DNA from: a virus
Virus record (IMG/VR): IMGVR_UViG_3300045988_154140
Span: 4,555 to 68,554 of that record
Reading direction: 5' to 3' (one strand)
Length of the DNA stretch: 64,000 nucleotides
This document shows, piece by piece, positions 25,665 through 34,673 of this stretch. The translations under genes were made by a program, and so were the position numbers. How positions within the stretch are numbered: the stretch's first letter is position 1; every line of letters begins with the position of its first letter. The notes beneath the pieces were generated by a model. It saw only the letters and a program-made list of their open reading frames with translations. It was not told the DNA's origin and ran no database searches.

Positions 25665-25684
25665 AGCTTCTCTTATATTTTTAG

Positions 25685-25993
25685 TTAAACATTATCTATC
25701 ATCCTCTCTATCTCGTCTCTTGAACTCACCACATACACGGCCTGCCCAAGCTTGTGCAGCTGCTGGATCCTCGCTTGCTGTACCGCCCTCGGCTTCTTGC
25801 CTCTGGACTTCAGCTCGCACCATGCTGCCCTGCCGCCTGGCAGGAGAAGCAGTCTGTCGGGGAAGCCTGTGCATGTCGGGTTGCTGTACTTGAGGGCGAC
25901 GCCACCGAGCATCTTCACCCGTTTCACCAGGTAGGCCTCCAACGCTTTTTCGCTCAGCAGAGAGTGGCCTGCTATCTCGTCTATCCTTCTCAT
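25685..25993 (-). CDS. VRR-NUC domain nuclease
   Basis: GFPDRLLLLPGGRAAWCELKSRGKKP...Q is a PD-(D/E)xK pattern typical of VRR-NUC. Confidence 0.8.
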   Translation of the reverse strand: MRRIDEIAGHSLLSEKALEAYLVKRVKMLGGVALKYSNPTCTGFPDRLLLLPGGRAAWCELKSRGKKPRAVQQARIQQLHKLGQAVYVVSSRDEIERMIDNV

Positions 25994-28404
25994 AAGTCAT
26001 CATCCGTTAGTATCTCGTCCTGACTGCTGCGCACCCATAGGCGCTGCCTGCCGTAGCCAGATATTATCTTTCTATCTCCTTTCTCCCAGCCTGGAATCCA
26101 CTCGAAGAGCGCGTTTATCTCTCGGGACTTATAGCGCAACTTCTCGTCCAACGACTCACCGAACAGCTCGTATAATATCTCCACCGTGCTAACCTCCGTG
26201 CGGGTGAGAACCCCCTCGGCCTCAAGCGGGTCTGTCTGCTTGAAGTAGGCTCTGCGTCTCTCCAGGCTTCTTGTCTCCCAGTCGGCAGGAAGTGGCGTGT
26301 CGAGGTATCGCTGTATGAGTCCTATGCGCTCATCCTTGGCAACGTCGTTAAACTCCTTCTGCATCTTACGCGCCTGCATCTCCAGGTCTCGGGACAGGAA
26401 CAGCGGCTCTCCTTGCTCGTATCGCGTCTTGGCTTCTGCCCATACTTGGTCTCTATATTCGCTGTTAAGTTCTGTCCATATCGTCTTGGTCGGCACCTCT
26501 ACGCCAGCCTCCACTACCCAGAAGCGTCTGTTACCGTTTGCGCCCTTGAGGAAGTTCGTCTCGTTGGTTGTGCCGAAGAACACGCACTGCCTCGGGTACT
26601 CCTCTTCTCTGCGTCCGTAGGCGGGTCTGTACTTGTCAACGCTGCGTGAGAGGTACTGCTTCACAGCCTCCACCTCACTGCGCTTGATGCCTGCCAGCTC
26701 GCCCAACTCTATGAGCCAGGCCTTGCGCAGGCTTGCCATGCCTTCCTTGCCTTCCACCGTCACCACACTGTCACTGAACCACTCACCGCCCATCCTTGCC
26801 AGCAGGGTGCTCTTGCCTATACCTTCGGGTCCTGTGATGACCAGCGTGTAGTCGTACTTACAGCCTGGTCTTGTCGCGCGTGCCACAGCGGCAGTGAACT
26901 GCTTGCGTGTCTGCGCTCTTGTCAGTTCTGTGTCTCTTGCGCCGAGGAAGTCTATCAGCAGGGTGTCAAGGCGCTCTGTACCGTCCCAGTGCAGGCCGTT
27001 CAGATACTCTCTCACGGGATGCTTCCTCCTGCTGTTGAAGACAGCTGTCAGCGCGTCTGTTATGCGGTCTTTACCCGTAATGCCATACCGCTCCTCCAGG
27101 AAGCAGCGCAGGCAGCAGTCGTCCGAGTTCGTCCAGATGCCGAGTGGCCGTCCAACCGTCCAAGGCAGCTTGCCTTCGTAGCAGTCCATGCCGCTAAAGT
27201 CGTTCCTCCAAAGCTTGCCCTTGAAGCACTGGCCATTCTCCAGCACAAGGCGTATGTTCTTGATGGTGCTTGCCACAAGCCCCGCCCTTGTGAAGTCCAT
27301 GAGTTTCACCCATCCTTCATCCTCCGCGCCTGCCCCTACATTCTTGAAGTCTCCTTCGGCCGAGGCGTTGCGCTCCTCCATCAGCGCGAGGCGCACCTGA
27401 GCGTCCGAGGCGGCAAACTCGCTCATCTTCTTGTAGGAGGGAAGCGAGGTGATGGAAGTACCCTCTTGGGCGTGCTCGTCATCCTTGCCGAATTTATGCA
27501 GCCTCACAAGGTCAAAGGAATTGACCAGATGCTGCGAGCAGGGGTCGGTGGCGTTATGGCTGTAGGCAAACAGGCCTCCCTCATATACCACCAGTCCAGC
27601 TGCTACGCTTCCCTGTGTATAGGTGTAGCGCTCTGTGTCCCCGCATTGCTCATATACGTCAGACAGGAAGGTCGCTATGGCCTCGTGTATGTTGTAGCAG
27701 CGGCAGAACGCGCCCACGATACCCTTCTTCTCTGTCGGGTCTCCCTGCTTCTTGGAGGAGGTGTGTATGCAGGCGGCTACGCGGCTGCTGTAAGGCCACT
27801 CGCTCACATCGCGCCAGTTATGGTAGGTGGCAAGCACCTCGTCAGGATCCAGGGCTTCACCCTCTGTATGCTTGAAGTAATACTCTACATCACGGGGGCT
27901 GCTCGGCCAGTACATCAGCCGCTCGGCCTCGTAGGTTGTATCATCGAAGAGGTCTATGCCTATCCGTGCGGCCAGCGCTCTGCCTACGGCCTCGTACTCC
28001 TCGCTTGTCACGCTGCGGCTCAGCAGTACCACAAGCCTCATGCGGGGTGCTTCGGGTGTGTAGGTGTGCGTTCCATACACAAACGCCTCATTGCCGTACA
28101 ACAGACAGTACTGCTCCCAGGTATCGGCCTTCGCGTAGTCTATGTCCAGCGTTAGCACATCGCGGAACTTCACGCTGCCTTTCCTGCGTTGCCCTTCTAT
28201 GAGGTAGCCACCCACGAAGCCTCCCACGTCCTTACGCTGACTTTGGTCGGGCTTGCTCATTGCCTTGTACTCCGCAAGGCTCTCGCCTGTCTGGGCGGTC
28301 TGTGAGCAACGCTTCACCAGCTTCTTCCAGTGCGTCTGTTTATTGCTCCAGCGCGTTGCGGTTCGCTTGGGCGCTGTGGCTATATATATTTGTCGGTCTG
28401 CCAT
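25990..28404 (-). CDS. Primase-polymerase / VirE-type P-loop helicase fusion
   Basis: N-terminal LTLDIDY prim-pol-like motif; Walker A VITGPEGIGKSTLL; 804 aa. Confidence 0.85.
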   Translation of the reverse strand: MADRQIYIATAPKRTATRWSNKQTHWKKLVKRCSQTAQTGESLAEYKAMSKPDQSQRKDVGGFVGGYLIEGQRRKGSVKFRDVLTLDIDYAKADTWEQYCLLYGNEAFVYGTHTYTPEAPRMRLVVLLSRSVTSEEYEAVGRALAARIGIDLFDDTTYEAERLMYWPSSPRDVEYYFKHTEGEALDPDEVLATYHNWRDVSEWPYSSRVAACIHTSSKKQGDPTEKKGIVGAFCRCYNIHEAIATFLSDVYEQCGDTERYTYTQGSVAAGLVVYEGGLFAYSHNATDPCSQHLVNSFDLVRLHKFGKDDEHAQEGTSITSLPSYKKMSEFAASDAQVRLALMEERNASAEGDFKNVGAGAEDEGWVKLMDFTRAGLVASTIKNIRLVLENGQCFKGKLWRNDFSGMDCYEGKLPWTVGRPLGIWTNSDDCCLRCFLEERYGITGKDRITDALTAVFNSRRKHPVREYLNGLHWDGTERLDTLLIDFLGARDTELTRAQTRKQFTAAVARATRPGCKYDYTLVITGPEGIGKSTLLARMGGEWFSDSVVTVEGKEGMASLRKAWLIELGELAGIKRSEVEAVKQYLSRSVDKYRPAYGRREEEYPRQCVFFGTTNETNFLKGANGNRRFWVVEAGVEVPTKTIWTELNSEYRDQVWAEAKTRYEQGEPLFLSRDLEMQARKMQKEFNDVAKDERIGLIQRYLDTPLPADWETRSLERRRAYFKQTDPLEAEGVLTRTEVSTVEILYELFGESLDEKLRYKSREINALFEWIPGWEKGDRKIISGYGRQRLWVRSSQDEILTDDDL

Positions 28405-28421
28405 TATATCGTGTATAAATC

Positions 28422-30353
28422 TTAGTCCTTCATATAGTAGGGTGTCGTATAGCCTGCGCCTTTAAGCGGCAGTCCAGGGCACCAGTCTATCGGTTCTGCG
28501 AACAGAGCCTCTATCTCTGCAAGCGCGTTGGGGCGCTGTGAGTCCACGATTATCTCGTCATGTACGTGGAACACTATCTTATGCCCCTGCTTCTCGGCCT
28601 TGAGCATCACGTGGCAGAGGATGTCACGCGCGATTGCCTGCACGATGTTCTCCACAAGCTTGCCTCCCCAAGTGTCTGCGGTCTCCCACTTCTTCGTTGT
28701 CTGGTTCTGACGCTCGTAGGTGATACGCATGCCCTTGAAGGTCTCTGTAGCATCCACTCTCGGGTAGGCAATGCGCCTGCCGCTGGGCAGGGTGACGAAC
28801 AGCATGCCGTACTGCTTCTGCATACGTATGCCTCTGTTGATGGCTATCACGCGTCCCGTCTGTATGGCTGCAATGGCTGCACGCTCCACCACACTCCACA
28901 GGTTTACGGTGTGAGGGTTAGCGCGTCTCCACTGGCGCACGTAGGTTTCCTTCTCCTTGTCAGTGAAGTTCAGTCCGTAGTTCCTTGCCATACTGTCGAA
29001 GGCAGCGGGGCCACCGCCATAACCGCAGGCAAGCACGGCCACCTTGCCTGGCTGTCTGAGGTCTCCATGGGGGCCATGCTTGGTAACCTCCACGCCGAAC
29101 ATCCTGCTGGCTGTCACGCAGTAGATGTCTCCTCCCTTGGCAAAGGTGTCCAGCACCCACTGCTCACCGCTCACCCATGCCGTTACTCTCGCCTCGATGG
29201 CTGAGAAGTCACACACGTGCAGCACTCCTCCCTCTGAGGGGATGAAGGCTGTCCTTATGAGCTGTGACAGGGTATCGGGTATGCTGTCGTAGCAGAGAGA
29301 CATCATCTCGTAGTCACCGCCTCGCAGTATCTCACGCGCAAGGCTAAGGTCACTGAGGTGGTTCTGCGGCAGGTTCTGTGTCTGCACACCCCGTCCGCTG
29401 AAGCGCCCTGTAAAGGTGCCGTAGTACTGCGTGAGGCCGTGGGCGCGACCGTCCTTGCAACGCCACTGAAGCATGGTCTCGTACTTCTTCACACTTGTCT
29501 TGCCAAGGTCAAGCCGTATCTCCAGCATCCTGCGTACTCGTTCGGGCAGATAGGGGTTCTTAAGCAACTCCTTCACAACAGACTTGTCAAGGGCTTCTGT
29601 CTTCACTCCCCAACTGGCAAGCCAAGGCCGCAACTGGGCGATGCTACTTGGGTTCTCAAGGCCTGTTATCTTCTTTGCTTCCTCGCTAAGCTCCGCAGAG
29701 CATCGTTCCCAGAAGCGCAAGGCGTTACGTGCTAGTGTAGCATCCACAGCCACACCGCGCTGGTTGATACGGAAGTCAAGCAGCTGCACCTCACGCTCCC
29801 AACGTGGTTGCCAAGCTTTATCCACAAGCCTGCGGCCTATCTCCACCTCGCTATCTACATCACGGCGGCAGTACTGCTTGAAGAGTTCCCAGCGCTCCTT
29901 GTGTTGCTCACGTGTCCTCCTCGCACCTTTATAGGGCTTGCAGAAGAACGTGATGAGCGCCTTGCCTTCTCTCATCTTCTGCTTGTCCTCTGCCAGCCCA
30001 AGGACTTCTCCCAGCTGGCCAAGGGCAAGGGGCAGGCCAAGGTACGCGCCCATGATCATGGTGTCGTACCACTGCGTCTCGTCCATCTTCTGACCGAAGT
30101 GCTTGCTGAGGCACACTATCTCGAACGACATGTTATGTGCCAACTTCTTTACTGAGGGGTCAAGCAGCGCGTGCCTGACCTCGGCAGGCAACTCCTCGCC
30201 AGCCTCGAAGTCAACTATCTCAGCGGGAGTGCCGTCTATGCTGTAGCTGAAGAGCAATACCTTGAAGTTGTCACTCTCCACGTACTTATACAGACCGCAG
30301 GCACTCAAGTCCACGTCCGAGTATGTCTCTATATCTATCAGTAATGAAGTCAT
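28422..30353 (-). CDS. Family-A DNA polymerase with 3'-5' exonuclease domain
   Basis: LIDIETYS (Exo I), DFSAIEARV (motif A), RQPGKVAVLACGYGGG (B), VHDEIIV (C). I set the start at MTSLL (ATG 30353). Confidence 0.9.
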   Translation of the reverse strand: MTSLLIDIETYSDVDLSACGLYKYVESDNFKVLLFSYSIDGTPAEIVDFEAGEELPAEVRHALLDPSVKKLAHNMSFEIVCLSKHFGQKMDETQWYDTMIMGAYLGLPLALGQLGEVLGLAEDKQKMREGKALITFFCKPYKGARRTREQHKERWELFKQYCRRDVDSEVEIGRRLVDKAWQPRWEREVQLLDFRINQRGVAVDATLARNALRFWERCSAELSEEAKKITGLENPSSIAQLRPWLASWGVKTEALDKSVVKELLKNPYLPERVRRMLEIRLDLGKTSVKKYETMLQWRCKDGRAHGLTQYYGTFTGRFSGRGVQTQNLPQNHLSDLSLAREILRGGDYEMMSLCYDSIPDTLSQLIRTAFIPSEGGVLHVCDFSAIEARVTAWVSGEQWVLDTFAKGGDIYCVTASRMFGVEVTKHGPHGDLRQPGKVAVLACGYGGGPAAFDSMARNYGLNFTDKEKETYVRQWRRANPHTVNLWSVVERAAIAAIQTGRVIAINRGIRMQKQYGMLFVTLPSGRRIAYPRVDATETFKGMRITYERQNQTTKKWETADTWGGKLVENIVQAIARDILCHVMLKAEKQGHKIVFHVHDEIIVDSQRPNALAEIEALFAEPIDWCPGLPLKGAGYTTPYYMKD

Positions 30354-30354
30354 G

Positions 30355-30452
30355 TGAGGCTCTGTGGAATCGAACCACAGAAGCAGGCCATACGCCGCAC
30401 TCGCAACCACAAAGGAGTGCTCCAATCCTGCTTTGACTGACCAGTCAGCCCC
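30355..30452 (-). ncRNA. tRNA-like element 2 (98 nt), non-canonical cloverleaf
   Basis: Minus strand: GGGGCT...TGTGG-TTCGATT-CCACA-GAGCCTC-A. It has a T-arm consensus, a 6-7 bp acceptor pairing, and a 7-bp stem AAGCAGG/CCTGCTT enclosing 39 nt. Confidence 0.35.
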
Positions 30453-30607
30453 GTGTGGCCAGCTCTATATCCTCGCGGACAGTGGGCTTGGCCTCCATTG
30501 TCTATAAAAAGAAATTTCCAATGTGCGAGGCAGGCTTGCCCTCACGGGATTGCCTACCTAAGTAAAAATAGTAATGAATCTAAAACAATGTACATTAAAG
30601 AGTCTTG

Positions 30608-30665
30608 CTCCCGCGGGGTGAGTCGAACACCCAGACATCAAGATAAGACCATCCGTGGCGCGGGA
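30608..30665 (-). ncRNA. tRNA-like element 1 (58-nt acceptor/T-arm minihelix)
   Basis: Minus strand: TCCCGCG-N26-GGGTG-TTCGACT-CACCC-CGCGGGA-G. I could not find an anticodon or D arm. Confidence 0.3.
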
Positions 30666-30686
30666 GGGAGTTACTGGGACTACTCC

Positions 30687-31256
30687 TTATAAATCGTCAT
30701 CGTAGGCGGGTATGTTCACCCCTGCGAAGTCTGCGGCGGCATCCGTCTTGGCATTACCCAGAGGCTCACCGTCTCTTGACTTCATCAGATTGTTCAGATA
30801 CACGCTGATGCCCATCTTGCCGTTGTTGAGGTAACCTCTGAAGGCGATGCTCGCGTAGCCGTAGCAGCCGCTATACATCTCGTCAGGGTTAAGTATGGGC
30901 TGCTTGTTGCGGTCTATGATGCCTGGCTGGCTCTTGCCCTTAGAGTTGAGGAACCAGTGGTTCTCGTAGGCTTCTCCTCTGTCTGTGCCGTCATTCTTAG
31001 GCTCGTCACCGTCATGCAGAGGGGTCACGTTCTTCAGAGGAGGACGCTTGCCGCCCCATATCTCAGTGACTGCTGACTCGTATGCCTGCTTGATAGCCTT
31101 GTCTATAAGTGCGTTCAGCTGCGCGTTGTCCTTCGGGATGAGCAATGTTGCCGTGTAGTTCTTGTTGGCTCCTTCCTCTGCCGCCCAAGGCTCAAACACA
31201 TGGAGGTAACTGAAGCGTACCTCGCCGATAACTAAAGAAATTGCTTTTGTTGCCAT
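30687..31256 (-). CDS. DUF2815-type phage ssDNA-binding protein
   Basis: N-terminal GEVRFSYLHVFEP...YTATLLIPKD pattern and acidic C-terminal tail PAYDDDL. Confidence 0.75.
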   Translation of the reverse strand: MATKAISLVIGEVRFSYLHVFEPWAAEEGANKNYTATLLIPKDNAQLNALIDKAIKQAYESAVTEIWGGKRPPLKNVTPLHDGDEPKNDGTDRGEAYENHWFLNSKGKSQPGIIDRNKQPILNPDEMYSGCYGYASIAFRGYLNNGKMGISVYLNNLMKSRDGEPLGNAKTDAAADFAGVNIPAYDDDL

Positions 31257-31289
31257 CTTGTTTACTCGTTTAATCGTTAATAATCTTGT

Positions 31290-32480
31290 TTACTCGTCTA
31301 TCTCAATCTTCTCAAAATCCTTCTGCGCGCTGCTGTAGTCATTGCACTCCTCTCTGTCATCCGATGAAGGAGCAAGCGTAGGTTTACCTTTAGGCTTAAC
31401 AACGCAATTGGGTGACATCGCGGTGAACTTTTTTTTACCCACCATCTTTTCCAGTTCTCCTATACCCTTCAACTCCTGCGGCTTGTATATGTCTGTAGCA
31501 CCAGCCTCCAGCAGTCGCTCGATAAGAAGATTTTGGTTGATAATGGTACGGTTGCTTTTACCTTCCACCACTTTCCAGCCCTTATACTTTGTTCCCTCTA
31601 TTGCCTTAGCAAGCGCATACTCCTCTACAGCAGTGCACCACTTCTTGATGGTGGGTATCACCTCCAGGATAGCGGGCATCTGCTCGGCAGTTATCAAGCC
31701 CTTGTCCTTGTGCTCGGAGTGTACCGATAGGGCTTGCTCGGCCAGCTTGGCACACTGAGCCTGCACCTTGCAGAACCTGCACCACTCACCTGGCTTCTGC
31801 TCGCCCTCGCCCTTGTTGGCCTTGCGGGCAGCGGGCGTAAGCTTCTCCTCCTGCCACTTGGCCAGTTCCTCCACCGACAGCTCGTATTCGCTTATGTTCT
31901 GCTTGCGGGGCTGTATGATGGTCATGCGCACACACCGTATGTCGTACTCCCAGGAGTAAGCGTCCAGCGCGCCAAGCGCGTATATCATCATCTGTGTGTT
32001 TTCGGTAGCGCTCACCTCCACACCTTTGCCATACTTGAAGTCTATCACCTCCATCATCCCATCGGCTATGATGATGGCATCAGCCGTGCCGAAGGAGTCG
32101 GGGATATACTTGGTAAAGTCAAGCCGCTTCTCCACGAACAGCTGGGCATCAGCGGTACTCTTCAGCGCGTCCCTGTACTTTTCCCACACCACACTCACGT
32201 AGAGGTCGGTCGCTTCCTTCATCTCATCGGTAGAGTACTTCTCGCGACCTTGCTCGAACTCATCCCTCGCGGCTTTCAAAGCCTGCTCGTACTTACCGCC
32301 TGTCTCCACGTTGAGATAGTGCAGAAGCTTGGACTCGCACAAGGCATGCGCGCAGGATCCTTCTTCGGCATATACGCTTCCCTTGTCTGGCACTCTCTCC
32401 TCCAGCCTGGCAGAGGGAGTGCAGTTTATCCATCTATGGCTGCTGCTCGGTGAAAGCAGCGCGTGTCCTGTAGCCGACAT
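31290..32480 (-). CDS. DUF2800-type PD-(D/E)xK (Cas4/RecB-like) nuclease
   Basis: LLSPSSSHRWINCTPS N-terminus and C-terminal cysteine cluster CRFCKVQAQC. Confidence 0.8.
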   Translation of the reverse strand: MSATGHALLSPSSSHRWINCTPSARLEERVPDKGSVYAEEGSCAHALCESKLLHYLNVETGGKYEQALKAARDEFEQGREKYSTDEMKEATDLYVSVVWEKYRDALKSTADAQLFVEKRLDFTKYIPDSFGTADAIIIADGMMEVIDFKYGKGVEVSATENTQMMIYALGALDAYSWEYDIRCVRMTIIQPRKQNISEYELSVEELAKWQEEKLTPAARKANKGEGEQKPGEWCRFCKVQAQCAKLAEQALSVHSEHKDKGLITAEQMPAILEVIPTIKKWCTAVEEYALAKAIEGTKYKGWKVVEGKSNRTIINQNLLIERLLEAGATDIYKPQELKGIGELEKMVGKKKFTAMSPNCVVKPKGKPTLAPSSDDREECNDYSSAQKDFEKIEIDE

Positions 32481-32483
32481 AAC

Positions 32484-33161
32484 TTAGAATGGTATAGGGC
32501 CTTCAAAATCCGTATGGTCTGCGTTCCATGTGAGGTTCATCATCTCGTTATGGACAAACTCATACAACTTATCTCCAGGCAGAGTGCTCGGCTTGGTAGT
32601 GCCGTACAGATGGTTGCAGCGTGCGCTTATGGTACGCGACAGCTGTAATGCTTGGGGAGTCTCCATTTCCACACCAAGCTGCGCTCTCAGCTCCACAAGC
32701 TTCTGACGGAACTCAGCGGCTGTCATGGTAGGCACAGTAGGCTGTGGTGCGGGCTCTGGCTGTGGCACTGGCGCGGTTTCGGGCTTTGGCTCTGGCTTGT
32801 TCTCCTCTCCTTCAGCAAAGGGCAGGTCGGACTGCTCCTGCTCGGTCTGCGGGGCTTCACCTTTTCCCTCGCTATCAGCGGGGGACTCGGCAGACAGGGC
32901 TGGCTCGGCCTCCTTCCTCTCCGTCTTAGTGCTCTTACGTGGCTTGCGTGCCTTGGGCTGAACCACTAAGGGCTTCTCTTCTACGGGTGCAACAGCTTCC
33001 GCGCTCACCTCTTCAAGAGCATCGCCCTCAGCCGCTGGCTCGCTCGTCACGTCTTCACTGCTAAGATGGTTCAACAGACAGCGCGACATGGCTGTCATCG
33101 CGCCTTCAAGCATGCGGCAGTCCAATTCCTGCCCAGTGCTAAATTCGAGTGTAATCTTCAT
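32484..33161 (-). CDS. Hypothetical 225-aa protein with a long P/E/A-rich disordered middle
   Basis: ORF track; sits between regulators and the nuclease in the early operon. Confidence 0.55.
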   Translation of the reverse strand: MKITLEFSTGQELDCRMLEGAMTAMSRCLLNHLSSEDVTSEPAAEGDALEEVSAEAVAPVEEKPLVVQPKARKPRKSTKTERKEAEPALSAESPADSEGKGEAPQTEQEQSDLPFAEGEENKPEPKPETAPVPQPEPAPQPTVPTMTAAEFRQKLVELRAQLGVEMETPQALQLSRTISARCNHLYGTTKPSTLPGDKLYEFVHNEMMNLTWNADHTDFEGPIPF

Positions 33162-33179
33162 TTTAAGTAGTATTATGGA

Positions 33180-33377
33180 TTATAAGCAAAACTTGCGGTA
33201 GCGTATAAGAGCGGCGCCAAGGAACAGCATGTGGCCTTTCGGGCTGGTAAGGAAATCTACTATACCACTCCTGGCATCCTTACGCAGCGTGTTGGCACTT
33301 ATGCCCAACAACTCAGCGGCTTCTCCTATCCTGTAGGACATATCCGCGTCTATCTCGTGGTATTCCCTCCGTCTCAT
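33180..33377 (-). CDS. Small HTH DNA-binding protein (MerR/excisionase-like)
   Basis: YRIGEAAELLGISANTLRKDARSG. Confidence 0.6.
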   Translation of the reverse strand: MRRREYHEIDADMSYRIGEAAELLGISANTLRKDARSGIVDFLTSPKGHMLFLGAALIRYRKFCL

Positions 33378-33607
33378 AAGCCCTCCTTCTGTATGTAGTA
33401 GTCGGCTACTTCTGAGCGTGTAGCCATTCGGCCTATGCTGTCACTCACATGCTGCTTGATAGCGAAATAGGTATTCTCGTCCATACCGCGCAACACGTAT
33501 TCCCTGCGGTCGCACCGCTGCTCAAGCGTTCCGACCACTCCAAGGAGGAATACCAGCACCACGACTCCCAGTGTCGTAGTGATAAAATTCTTTGTTCTCT
33601 TATTCAT
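33374..33607 (-). CDS. Small membrane protein (77 aa)
   Basis: TM segment FITTTLGVVVLVFLLGVVG. Confidence 0.5.
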   Translation of the reverse strand: MNKRTKNFITTTLGVVVLVFLLGVVGTLEQRCDRREYVLRGMDENTYFAIKQHVSDSIGRMATRSEVADYYIQKEGL

Positions 33608-33627
33608 ATCTTGATTCTTTTAAGTTG

Positions 33628-33837
33628 TTAATCCTCGTAGATTTTCACATGCACCTTCAGATTGAGTTTCTTGAACTCCTCGCTGATGCAGTTGGCAAGC
33701 TCGGGCTTTCTCGTCTTCACCCGAATGAAATCCTTGCTGTAGTAAAAGGCCAGGTGCATCTCCATCAGCACGGCAGTGGCCTTAACGAGGCTGTCCCTTC
33801 TACCCCGCCCATAAACCAGCTTCACCGACTGCTTCAT
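33628..33837 (-). CDS. Hypothetical 69-aa protein
   Basis: ORF track only. Confidence 0.45.
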   Translation of the reverse strand: MKQSVKLVYGRGRRDSLVKATAVLMEMHLAFYYSKDFIRVKTRKPELANCISEEFKKLNLKVHVKIYED

Positions 33838-34070
33838 TCGTCCTCCTTCTTGTCTGGGTTCTCAATGCCAAGCATCTCACAAGCCTTCTCGCGGATGGCA
33901 AGGAAGTTGCCAAGATAGGGGCTGAACTCGCTGAACTCCCCAGCAATCGCTCTCGATACCGTCATTCGGCTGTAGGGCTTGCCAATCTCGCGTGCCAAGG
34001 CAGTGATGAAGCCGTAGGGCTTCACAGGAATTGCCTGGTAACGCTTTCTCTTAGTCCTCTCTTCTGTCAT
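33834..34070 (-). CDS. First gene of the leftward early operon, Cro-like position (78 aa)
   Basis: Its position is divergent from the XRE repressor; FITALAREIGKPYSRMTVSRAI resembles an HTH. Confidence 0.5.
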   Translation of the reverse strand: MTEERTKRKRYQAIPVKPYGFITALAREIGKPYSRMTVSRAIAGEFSEFSPYLGNFLAIREKACEMLGIENPDKKEDE

Positions 34071-34136
34071 ATCACATCTTCAATTAAGAAGAGCCAGCCG
34101 CGCGTACCAGAGTATTAAATCTAAAAGGTGATACGC

Positions 34137-34144
34137 CAAAACTA
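34137..34144 (-). promoter_or_regulatory. Candidate -7 box TAGTTTTG (TAnnTTTG) of the leftward early promoter
   Basis: The forward strand reads CAAAACTA, 67 nt upstream of ATG 34070. Confidence 0.4.
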
Positions 34145-34180
34145 GTCTATTAACAAGCATTCTTGCACGGCCAGCTCTTC

Positions 34181-34258
34181 TATATTTTTTTCTTATCTTT
34201 TACTATCTTTTATCGTCTTTTCTTATCTTTTATCAACTTTTACTATCTTCTGTATCTC
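34181..34258 (-). repeat. Array A: about seven 10-bp-phased TATCTTTT-type repeats (AAAAGATA on the sense strand of the early operon)
   Basis: TATCTTTT occurs at 34194, 34204 and 34224, with variants at 34214, 34234, 34244 and 34253. Confidence 0.8.
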
Positions 34259-34401
34259 AAAAAGTTGGCTACGCAGGAACACTCATAATAAAAAAAAGCT
34301 ACCAACAATTTAGTTAAATGAAAAATTCACCTGCGCAACCAAACTTTTTTAATACCTTTGTCGAACCAACGATTTATAAAGATGAGAAGTTATAAGAACA
34401 A

Positions 34402-34421
34402 GCACTCGTATATACAAGTGC
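34402..34421 (-). terminator. Hairpin GCACT-N10-AGTGC followed by T-rich tract on the minus strand, directly after the small ORF
   Basis: Read directly; the stop codon of the small ORF is at 34424-34426. Confidence 0.4.
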
Positions 34422-34423
34422 AA

Positions 34424-34603
34424 TTAACTATTCGTACCCGATACGTACAACTCCGAGTTCGTTCCTTCATCTGTCTCAGGAGGATCCTGCTCTTCGTGTA
34501 GTCGGTCACCATATTCATGCGGGAGATTCTGTCCAGCCTTTAGGCGGTCTCCCTCATATCTCCGCGAGATGTTTTGCTCCTCGTGTGGCCTGTTCTCCAT
34601 CAT
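34424..34603 (-). CDS. Small charged 59-aa ORF with internal repeat (MMENRPHEEQNISRRYEGDRLKAGQNLPHEYGDRLHEEQ..), below the ORF-track cutoff
   Basis: My own translation. It is a GC-rich island in AT-rich DNA with its own -7 box (34710-34717) and hairpin (34402-34421). Confidence 0.3.
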   Translation of the reverse strand: MMENRPHEEQNISRRYEGDRLKAGQNLPHEYGDRLHEEQDPPETDEGTNSELYVSGTNS

Positions 34604-34668
34604 ATCTTTTTCCTATCTTTTATTAACTTTTATCCGTTTTTATCATGTTTTACCATCTTTTTCCTTAA
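34601..34668 (-). repeat. Array B: six to seven 10-bp-phased TATCTTTT-type repeats abutting the small-ORF ATG
   Basis: catatctttt tcctatcttt tattaacttt tatccgtttt tatcatgttt taccatcttt. Confidence 0.8.
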
Positions 34669-34673
34669 CTTTG
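34666..34673 (+). promoter_or_regulatory. Candidate -7 box TAACTTTG for the repressor operon
   Basis: Matches TAnnTTTG, 128 nt upstream of ATG 34802. Hairpin GCGGCA-N17-TGCCGC (34682-34710) lies in the leader. Confidence 0.35.

Noticed and set aside
30354-30425. N-terminal extension of the DNA polymerase ORF (MEHSFVVASAAYGLLLWFDSTEPH).
   Set aside because: It overlaps tRNA-like element 2. The conserved Exo I motif starts right after the internal MTSLLIDIETYS, so ATG 30353 is the more plausible start.
30355-30665. tmRNA (standard or two-piece) as an explanation for the GGGGCTGA... start and the two T-arms.
   Set aside because: I could not find a tag reading frame ending in an Ala-Ala-stop. 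The acceptor strands of the two pieces are not complementary to each other, and each element pairs with itself. This still deserves an ARAGORN/Infernal check.
34181-34668. A CRISPR array as an explanation for the regular repeats in the switch region.
   Set aside because: The period is 10 bp with no spacers and the units are degenerate. There are no cas genes. They are phased T/A tracts, not CRISPR repeats.
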